Shown here piece by piece: positions 7,951 to 13,842 of a stretch of DNA of 24,000 nt (positions are counted from its first letter, which is position 1; each line of letters opens with the position of its first letter). The position numbers and the translations under genes were made by a program. Source of the stretch: an uncultured Haloferula sp. Lineage in GTDB: Bacteria; Verrucomicrobiota; Verrucomicrobiia; Verrucomicrobiales; Akkermansiaceae. The stretch is taken from positions 12,164-36,163 of the forward strand of contig CAZVMS010000216.1 of assembly GCA_964628795.1 (NCBI GenBank), given 5' to 3'. Under the pieces are notes generated by a model that was not told where the DNA came from, ran no database searches, and was given only the letters and a program-made list of their open reading frames with translations.

Positions 7951-8513
7951 GGCTGGATGCCCTGGTTTTGGAGGCAGATGCGCAGTTGCTGGCGCGAGCG
8001 GGTGAGCAACACGGCGGCGCTGCCTTTGGTGACACCTGCGGCGGCGGCGGCGGAAGGGACGTCGAGGCCATCGATCTCGCGCAGGGTGAACAAGAGCCGC
8101 AGACGCTCGGGGAGTTTTTCCATGCAGGCGCGGATCCACGTGGCGATTTCACTGCGGTTGGTAGCTTCATCCGGTGGCGCTTCCAGGGCGGACATGCCGT
8201 GGTTGGGGTCGATGCGCCACGAGCCGTGGCGATCGAAGGCGGAATCCAGCGGGTCGGCGGATGCCTCGAAGGGATCGACGCCTTGGTCGGACGGCGTGCG
8301 TTTCGATTTCCGGAAATGATCGATGACTTTGAATTTCATGATGCCCAACAGCCAGGTGGAGAGTTGCGAACGGCCGTCAAAGGACTCGCGTCGTTGCCAT
8401 GCGGCGGTGAGGCAGTCCTGCACGAGATCCTCGGCGGCGTGATGATCCCTGACCTTTCCCAGCGCGAAGCGGTAGAGAGTGTCGGCATGTTGCATGAGAT
8501 CGTCGATGGTCAC
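7947..8513 (-). CDS. ECF (group 4) sigma-70 family RNA polymerase sigma factor
   Basis: Region 2 reads LYRFALGKVRDHHAAEDLVQDCLTAAWQRRESFDGRSQLSTWLLGIMKFKVIDHFRK. Region 4 reads LPERLRLLFTLREIDGLDVPSAAAAAGVTKGSAAVLLTRSRQQL. The track start at 8513 is a GTG, and the first ATG is at 8495. Confidence 0.9.
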   Translation of the reverse strand: MTIDDLMQHADTLYRFALGKVRDHHAAEDLVQDCLTAAWQRRESFDGRSQLSTWLLGIMKFKVIDHFRKSKRTPSDQGVDPFEASADPLDSAFDRHGSWRIDPNHGMSALEAPPDEATNRSEIATWIRACMEKLPERLRLLFTLREIDGLDVPSAAAAAGVTKGSAAVLLTRSRQQLRICLQNQGIQP

Positions 8514-8566
8514 GGTGACAAGGATGGCTTGCTGGGGATGAATGGCCAGACGGGATGTTCAGCCCG

Positions 8567-9067
8567 CTATGATGCATTTTCCGTTTTGCCCTGGAGTCGG
8601 CAACATCCGCCCTTGCAGAGGAAACGCCCGATGAGCGCATCCAGCGAGGCGCGGCCCGGACCGAAGGCGAGAACCACCAGGGAGACGATCAGATACGCGT
8701 AGGGTGCTTCGTCAGCGAATTCACCGAGACCGGCGAAGGCGTCCTCACGGTGTGCGGTGAGGTAGGCGACGATCATGGAAGCGGCGAGGGGAACCGCCGC
8801 GGTGCGCGACATCAGGCCGGCGACCAGCAGCAGTCCGCCGATCATTTCGACACCTCCTACGAAGGCGGCGTGGAATCCGGGCGCGGGGATGCCGAGCGAT
8901 TCGAAGAAGCCGGTGGTGCGTTCGAGATTGGTGAGCTTGCCCTTGCCGGTGAGGAAGAACGACCAGCCGATGGTGAGGCGGGCGAGCAGCAGGGTGCCAT
9001 CCGCGATCCAGGGCTGGGCGCGAGTGAAGAGGGAGCGGACGAGTTGGATGATTGCTTTGGATTTCAT
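8567..9067 (-). CDS. DoxX family membrane protein
   Basis: The preferred start is MKSKAIIQL (ATG 9067), 11 bp after the DUF2063 stop. It has the DoxX-like four-helix pattern (LLLARLTIGWSFFLTGKGKL, GIPAPGFHAAFVGGVEMIGGLLLVAGL, AAVPLAASMIVAYL, YLIVSLVVLAFGPG). It has an unusual Cys-rich tail, FLCKGGCCRLQG. Confidence 0.85.
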   Translation of the reverse strand: MKSKAIIQLVRSLFTRAQPWIADGTLLLARLTIGWSFFLTGKGKLTNLERTTGFFESLGIPAPGFHAAFVGGVEMIGGLLLVAGLMSRTAAVPLAASMIVAYLTAHREDAFAGLGEFADEAPYAYLIVSLVVLAFGPGRASLDALIGRFLCKGGCCRLQGKTENAS

Positions 9068-9078
9068 GATGCTTTCTG

Positions 9079-9876
9079 TTAGATGATGGCGAACCAGCCA
9101 TCGGCCTGCCAGGTGGCGCACCAGCGGCTGAGGGTATCGGTGCCGGGGATGTGGGGTGCGCTTTCCTCCAGCCAGTCGTCGAGGGACCAGGGGCGTCCGT
9201 GCAGCAGGGAAAGCATGGCGAACTCACCGGGTTCGAGAGAACGGTGGCGGACACCTCCCTCGCGGGTGCGCCAGACGGCGGCGTGATGCCGGTCACCCTC
9301 GCGCCAGCCGGATTCCGGATCGTGGAGCCAGGCGGAGGCATCGGCCTCGGTTTCGAGCAGGCGGACGTGGGCTTGCAGCGTGAATGATTCGTCGGCGACC
9401 TGCCTTGCGGTGGCGGGCGGAAGTTCGGCCGCTTCGAAACATGCCATCATCGACCACTCGACGGTGGCGATGGCGATGGCACGGCGGCGCAGCACAGGGT
9501 CGGTGATTTCCTTGCCGACAAACCGGGGCATCGCCCGTCCGAGGTGGCGCAGGGTGAAACTTTGCGACGGATGGGCGAGCAGATAGTTTTCCAACAAGTT
9601 CCAGAAACGTTCGTTGCCGAGAAGAGTCTTCAGGCCGGGGAAATCCTCGGCCACGGAATCGAGCAGGCGAAACCAATACTGGCGGTGATAGAGTTCCAGG
9701 CACTCGGCAGGAATCAGCGTGGGCGACGGGCGGAGCAGATCGTGGGCGGTGGAGAGGAACGCCGGGTCGTGCGGTTCGTCGGAGGCGGGCAGTTCGGTCG
9801 AGCGGCGGCTGGTGCCACGCAGCGGGAACTGCAGCGCGTCGAAAAAGCGGCGTTGGGTTTCAGCAAGCGGCGGCAT
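9079..9876 (-). CDS. DUF2063 domain protein (MNIO partner protein, BufC/HvfC/MbnC-like role)
   Basis: DUF2063-typical features are the N-terminal L.E.Q..F..AL..P and LELYHRQYWFRLLDSVAEDFPGLKTLLGNERFWNLLENYLLAHPSQSFTLRHLG. Its ATG at 9876 overlaps the DUF692 gene by 17 nt. Confidence 0.8.
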   Translation of the reverse strand: MPPLAETQRRFFDALQFPLRGTSRRSTELPASDEPHDPAFLSTAHDLLRPSPTLIPAECLELYHRQYWFRLLDSVAEDFPGLKTLLGNERFWNLLENYLLAHPSQSFTLRHLGRAMPRFVGKEITDPVLRRRAIAIATVEWSMMACFEAAELPPATARQVADESFTLQAHVRLLETEADASAWLHDPESGWREGDRHHAAVWRTREGGVRHRSLEPGEFAMLSLLHGRPWSLDDWLEESAPHIPGTDTLSRWCATWQADGWFAII

Positions 9877-10732
9877 GATGAGGCGTGCGTTGGGTGGCTT
9901 TGAAAAGCTCGGTGTCCCAGTAGGCGGAGGCTTTGAGCGCCTCGTTGTGGACTTCCTCGAAGGACGGGATGTGGGCGTCCCACTCCAGAAGCGTGGGTAC
10001 CGGGCCGCAGCGCTCGATGGCGCGGGCGTAGAGTTTCCACACCGGATCGATCACCGGGTGGTCGTGGGTGTCGATGATGAATCGCTCGTATTTTGAGTGG
10101 CCGGCGATGTGCATCTGCATGACCCGCTCCGGTTGGATGAAATCGACATATTCCAGCGGATCGAAGCCGTGGTTGATCGAGGAGACATAGATGTTGTTCA
10201 CGTCGAGTAGAATGCCGACATTGGCGCGTTCGACGACTTCGGCGAGAAATTCCCACTCGGTCATCTCGTCGTCGTTGAAGGCCGCGTAGCTGCTGACGTT
10301 TTCCACGGCCATCGGGATTTCGAGATAGTCCTGGGCGATGCGCAGGTTCTCGGCGATGCCGCGCGCCGCTTCGGTGGTATAGGGCATGGGCAGCAGGTCG
10401 TGGCTGAAGGTGCCGTCCACGCTGCCCCAGCAAAGGTGATCGGAAATCCACGGCGTGCGCGTCCGTTTGATGAGCGCCTTCAGGCGGCGCAGGTGGTCGA
10501 AATCGAGGCCTGCGGCATTCCCCGGGTAGAGCCCCACGCCATGCTGGACGACCTGGTATTGCTCCAGGATGCGGTCGAGCACGGCGAGGGGTCTTCCCCC
10601 GTCCACCATGAAATTCTCGGAGATGATTTCGAACCATGAAACGTCGGGCGTTTCCGAAAGGATATGATCGTAATGCGGCACGCGCAGTCCGATGCCGATG
10701 CTGAGCGGCTTGGTTTCCTGGTGCGGTTTCAT
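9860..10732 (-). CDS. DUF692 family multinuclear non-heme iron oxidase (MNIO; MbnB/BufB/HvfB-like)
   Basis: There is an essentially full-length DUF692/UPF0276 pattern: SIGIGLRVPHY, VSWFEIISENFM, VVQHGVGL, WISDHLCW, HDLLPMPYT, MAVENVSSY, EWEFLAEVV, ILLDVNNIYVSSINHGFDP, MHIAGHS, IDTHDHPV and PTLLEWD. Confidence 0.92.
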   Translation of the reverse strand: MKPHQETKPLSIGIGLRVPHYDHILSETPDVSWFEIISENFMVDGGRPLAVLDRILEQYQVVQHGVGLYPGNAAGLDFDHLRRLKALIKRTRTPWISDHLCWGSVDGTFSHDLLPMPYTTEAARGIAENLRIAQDYLEIPMAVENVSSYAAFNDDEMTEWEFLAEVVERANVGILLDVNNIYVSSINHGFDPLEYVDFIQPERVMQMHIAGHSKYERFIIDTHDHPVIDPVWKLYARAIERCGPVPTLLEWDAHIPSFEEVHNEALKASAYWDTELFKATQRTPHHAAAC

Positions 10733-10758
10733 GATGGTAGAAATGGAATGAGAGAAAT

Positions 10759-10791
10759 TCCGCGCGGACGACTTGCTGCCGCCCGCGCGGA
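10759..10791 (-). terminator. Intercistronic GC-rich stem-loop between precursor gene and MNIO gene (possible attenuator/partial terminator or mRNA-stabilising hairpin)
   Basis: TCCGCGCGG (10759-10767) and CCGCGCGGA (10783-10791) form a perfect 9-bp stem around a 15-nt loop. On the minus-strand transcript the hairpin is followed by AAUUUCUCUCAUUCCAUUUCU. Confidence 0.4.
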
Positions 10792-10801
10792 TGGGTGAGC
10801 C

Positions 10802-11092
10802 TCAGAGGATCGAGGAAGCGAGCTTGTCCTTGCCCTTGCAGCCGTCCTTGCCGGAGCACTTCTCCTTGTCGCCTTCTTTCTTTTTGCCATCGCATCCGTC
10901 CTTGCCGGAGCACTTGTCTTTCTCGGCGGCCAGGACGCTGGTGATGGATTCCTTCTTTTTGCCATCGCAGCCGTCCTTGCCAGAGCATTTTTCCTTGTCC
11001 GCATTGACATAGCCAATGGCGGCGGTGGCGCTGCCTGCGGCGAAGAGTCCGGCGAGTGCGGCGGTGGCGAGGGTTTTGGTGGTTGGATTCAT
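10802..11092 (-). CDS. Secreted Cys-repeat RiPP precursor peptide (bufferin/oxazolin-like; 96 aa)
   Basis: The preferred start is ATG 11092 (MNPTTKTLATAALAGLFAAGSATA|AIGY..., a Sec signal with an A-x-A site). The core contains three copies of (D/E)K(E/D)KCSGKDGC(D/K)GK, giving 6 Cys. It lies directly upstream of DUF692/DUF2063/DoxX on the same strand. Confidence 0.8.
   Translation of the reverse strand: MNPTTKTLATAALAGLFAAGSATAAIGYVNADKEKCSGKDGCDGKKKESITSVLAAEKDKCSGKDGCDGKKKEGDKEKCSGKDGCKGKDKLASSIL
10829..10999 (-). repeat. Three 42-nt coding repeats inside the precursor gene
   Basis: The units are at 10829-10870, 10883-10924 and 10958-10999. The two pairwise hand counts made (unit 1 vs unit 2, unit 1 vs unit 3) each give 36/42 identities. 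Each unit encodes one xKxKCSGKDGCxGK module. Confidence 0.85.
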
Positions 11093-11430
11093 GATGATTT
11101 CTTGTGGTTGTCTGTTTGTGGTTTGCCGCCTTCCGATGCCCGTGTGGCATCTCCGGCGCACTGGTGAGTCGTCCGGCGTTCGCGAGGCTTAACACGGATG
11201 ATGAAGTTTTTTCCTATTCCTCGGGTTGGCCCCCAAACCGGTAGGCATCACGAGAAATCATCCAGCCAAGACGAGTTGAGTCGATGTGGCCAAACCATGA
11301 TCCACCCGCCTGGCTCTCTTTGGTAGGGAGCGGATGTTGATTTTCCACGATGGGTTTCATGCCGCCCAAGCTTCGCAACAGAAAGTTGATGAGCGTCCTA
11401 CTCGGATGTGTTAGGCGGCTGAACCGGCGG

Positions 11431-11642
11431 TCATGAAAACAGACTCTGATTCAACGAGCGGTATTGGAGCGCCTCAAGAATGTGGTTTGGGGCGAATGGA
11501 TTCGCTACCGGCGAGGTCGGCGAGGGTAAGGGCGACTTTAAGGATGCGGTCGTGGGCGCGGGCGGGAATGCGTTGGCGGTGGTTTTCGGTCTGGCCGGGG
11601 GAGCAGCGGCATTCTCTCTTGGTGTCGCCGTAGTAGCCGCAG
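11431..11642 (-). pseudogene. comM: comM/yifB 3'-terminal fragment with authentic C-terminus
   Basis: The minus-strand translation reads (stop)[74 protein letters not shown]. It has the same internal deletion junction as the 4044-4292 fragment. Unlike that fragment, it keeps the canonical ComM end (EA.QYR.L). An in-frame stop lies immediately upstream, and there is no 5' part of the gene. Confidence 0.7.
11502..11642. repeat. Direct repeat copy B (141 bp, comM-derived)
   Basis: This is the partner of 4051-4191, with 129/141 identities and the same orientation. Confidence 0.85.
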
Positions 11643-11735
11643 GGCTGTGGAAATCATTTGCATTTTAGTTCCCACACTTGCGAGCAAGGCCGGATGATCA
11701 AGGAACGGGGATTTGTCATTTTTTTATAAGGAGAT

Positions 11736-11762
11736 GGTCAGCATTGTCCGGATTACGGTAGT
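11736..11762 (+). promoter_or_regulatory. Candidate ECF-type promoter (GGTCAG-N14-CGGTAGT) upstream of the sigma/FecR-like operon
   Basis: The sequence is ATGGTCAGcattgtccggattaCGGTAGT. It is preceded by an AT-rich T7 tract (11719-11725) and ends 5 nt before GTG 11768 and 14 nt before ATG 11777. The same bipartite motif with identical 14-nt spacing occurs at 16288-16314 and 20304-20330. Confidence 0.45.
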
Positions 11763-11767
11763 ACAGG

Positions 11768-12325
11768 GTGAATGACATGAACTCGGCATCCCAGCATCGC
11801 CCTCAGGATTCCCGTCAAGAGGCGGAGATCGCACTCGGCATTGCCTCTCTGAGGCTGCCACTACGCGGCTATCTGCACACGCTCGTTCCGGACCGGGCAG
11901 CTTGTGATGATCTGGTCCAAGAGACGTTGCTATTTCTCTGGGAACGGAGGGAAAGCGCCGATGAATCGACCCCGCTCAAGACATGGGCCTTCAAGGTGGC
12001 GTGGTTCAAGTCGATGGCCTGGCATCGCGACCGTCGGCGGGACCGCCTGGTCTATTTTTCCGACGACATGCTTCAACAGATTGCCCCATTGGCCGAGGCG
12101 ATGAGCAGCACCGCCGAGAATCGACTGGAAGCCCTGCGCCACTGCCTGGCTGGCCTCCCGGAAGAGGATTTGGCCTTGCTGCGGCTCAAGTATGTCAATC
12201 AGGGATCGCTCACCAGCTACGCCAACGCGCGGGGTTGGAAACCAAACCGCGTGCAGAAAGCCCTCTCTCGCCTGCGCCTTGCGTTACGCCATTGCATTCG
12301 GACTCGCCTACTTTCAGAATCATGA
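11768..12325 (+). CDS. ECF sigma-70 family sigma factor (Rhodopirellula/Verrucomicrobium-type)
   Basis: Region 2 reads DDLVQETLLFLWERRES...LKTWAFKVAWFKSMAWHRDRRR. Region 4 reads LPEEDLALLRLKYVNQGSLTSYANARGWKPNRVQKALSRLRLALRHC. The track start 11768 is a GTG, and ATG 11777 is equally possible. Its stop overlaps the next ATG (ATGA at 12322-12325). Confidence 0.9.
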   Translation: MNDMNSASQHRPQDSRQEAEIALGIASLRLPLRGYLHTLVPDRAACDDLVQETLLFLWERRESADESTPLKTWAFKVAWFKSMAWHRDRRRDRLVYFSDDMLQQIAPLAEAMSSTAENRLEALRHCLAGLPEEDLALLRLKYVNQGSLTSYANARGWKPNRVQKALSRLRLALRHCIRTRLLSES

Positions 12326-13842
12326 ACACCCCCACCCCAGAACTGCGGGATCTACTCGACCGCCTGATCGACGAGGATGGCCTGAGTCGCTCCGATATGG
12401 GCCGACTTGAAGAGCTGATGAGCGAGCCGGAAATCATGTCCTATTGCTGCGAAATGCTGCTGCATGAGTCGCTCATGCCTGAGGCCCTTGCGACCATGGA
12501 AACCGCGCTTTCGCATGTCCATGGAGATCAGCAGCCAGTTCGATCGGGTGTGATGGGTCGTATTGCCCGGATTCTTCCGCTGGCGGCGGCTGCCGGACTC
12601 TCCTTTTTCGCAGGGCTACTGGTCGGCGATAATCCGTCTCCTCCGCCGGCATCCGCCGCCGCTCCACCCGCCGGATTCACCACAGACCACGCCGCCAAGG
12701 TGACCGGCCTGATGGGCGTCGTCTGGCAAGACAACGCCGCCCCGACCGTCATTGATGGCTCGGTGAACGCACAAAGGGTCGCGTTCAAGAGCGGATTGGT
12801 CGAACTGACTTACGCCAGCGGCGCGCGCGTCACCCTCGAAGGTCCGGCCGATTTCACCGTGTCCGATCCGACTTCCGGCCGACTCTCAGCCGGCAAACTC
12901 GTGGCCTACGTGCCCAAGGGCGCGGAAGGATTTACCGTCGATTACGGCAATGGTCAGGTCGTTGACCTTGGCACCGAGTTCGCGATGGATCTCGCCGCGA
13001 ACGGCAAAATGGAACTCGGCGTGTTCGAGGGCGAAGTGGAGCTTCACCTGCCCGACGAAACTCCATTGTTACTTAACCGCAGCCAGGCAATGGTGCACGA
13101 TCGGAATGCGGAAGAACCACTCCGCCCCGTGCCCTTCGACCGCGCCAAGTTCGTCCGCGAGCTTCCGAATCGGGACATTCCATGGGCGATAAAATCCTCC
13201 GAACCGACGGAGCTGGAACTCGACATCAGCCACCTCATCTGGAAGTCAGCGGAATACCGGGCCATCTTCAAGTGGTTCTCTGGGAAGGACGCTGTGGAAA
13301 TCCGCCACGTCGAACTCCGCCGGGACGGTGAGCTGATTGCCGCAGACCCGCATCCCGGGCAGACCGGCCTGCTTCTTCATGTGAAGGATAACATCTACGA
13401 CCTCACGATTCCTTCCGGCTACTATCAACCCGGCCGCTGGACCCTCCACGCCACCATCGCCCAATTGCCGCGAACCGGTGGAATGACCCGCTACCGCGGC
13501 CCGGTCGATAGCTCGGGAGTCATGGTCTTGGAGGAAGGCATGGTAAACCGGGCGCAGGCAGCTGACTTCATCGGTGCCTGGAGTTATTCGTTTGCCGGTG
13601 CCCGCTTCGTCCGCCGGTTCCACGCCGATGGCACCATCACGGTCACCAAGAACGGACAACGGCAGCCCAAAGCCTTCGCCAACTGCTCTTGGTGGGTGGA
13701 CAAGGGCGTTCTTCATGCGGAGATCCCGAACGGCGACGGATTGGTGGAGACCCACATCCTGCGCGACCGCGACACCTTGATCTTCACCAACCGGTCATTT
13801 GGCAATGCGGTTCGTGTTGCGGAAGAGGGCAGCGGCGATTGA
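12322..13842 (+). CDS. FecR-like transmembrane anti-sigma factor with an uncharacterised C-terminal domain of about 230 aa
   Basis: The chosen start is ATG 12322 (MNTPTPELRDLLDRLIDEDGLS), coupled to the sigma stop by an ATGA overlap. It has a single TM (IARILPLAAAAGLSFFAGLLVG) and a FecR-type beta-rich region (GLVELTYASGARVTLEGPADFTV...GFTVDYGNGQVVDLGTEFAMDL...GVFEGEVELH). The rest of the protein (from about IPWAIKSSEP onward) was not recognised. Confidence 0.8.
   Translation: MNTPTPELRDLLDRLIDEDGLSRSDMGRLEELMSEPEIMSYCCEMLLHESLMPEALATMETALSHVHGDQQPVRSGVMGRIARILPLAAAAGLSFFAGLLVGDNPSPPPASAAAPPAGFTTDHAAKVTGLMGVVWQDNAAPTVIDGSVNAQRVAFKSGLVELTYASGARVTLEGPADFTVSDPTSGRLSAGKLVAYVPKGAEGFTVDYGNGQVVDLGTEFAMDLAANGKMELGVFEGEVELHLPDETPLLLNRSQAMVHDRNAEEPLRPVPFDRAKFVRELPNRDIPWAIKSSEPTELELDISHLIWKSAEYRAIFKWFSGKDAVEIRHVELRRDGELIAADPHPGQTGLLLHVKDNIYDLTIPSGYYQPGRWTLHATIAQLPRTGGMTRYRGPVDSSGVMVLEEGMVNRAQAADFIGAWSYSFAGARFVRRFHADGTITVTKNGQRQPKAFANCSWWVDKGVLHAEIPNGDGLVETHILRDRDTLIFTNRSFGNAVRVAEEGSGD

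Noticed and set aside
10829-10999. Three regularly recurring 42-nt repeats that might suggest a mini CRISPR array or a regulatory repeat.
   Set aside because: The spacers are unequal (12 and 33 nt). The repeats are in frame and encode the repeated Cys modules of a signal-peptide ORF. No cas genes are present.
9714-11195. 493-aa minus-strand ORF spanning the precursor, DUF692 and part of the DUF2063 genes.
   Set aside because: The translation is an extreme Arg/Pro/His-rich low-complexity string. The same DNA encodes three proteins with strong family signatures in other frames.
11214-11360. 48-codon minus-strand ORF (MKPIVENQHPLPTKESQAGGSWFGHIDSTRLGWMISRDAYRFGGQPEE*) between comM fragment B and the precursor gene.
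   Set aside because: It has no recognisable motif, no signal or TM, and lower GC than neighbouring genes. It could be a relic or chance ORF, and there is not enough evidence to call it.
11093-11430. I searched the region upstream of the precursor gene, and the 8514-8566 and 7451-7611 gaps, for a shared ECF-type promoter (GGAAC-N16/17-CGT-like) recognised by the cluster's own sigma. I also searched for the GGTCAG-N14-CGGTA motif on the minus strand.
   Set aside because: Only weak, non-matching candidates were found (e.g. GGGAAC-N17-CTCCTA near 7480; AAC TTC similarities). Nothing was consistent across the three regions.
4293-11430. I looked for an integrase, transposase, terminal inverted repeats or a tRNA gene that would make the repeat-bracketed block a classical mobile element.
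   Set aside because: None were recognised in any frame. It is therefore not called as a mobile_element, and only the flanking repeats are reported.
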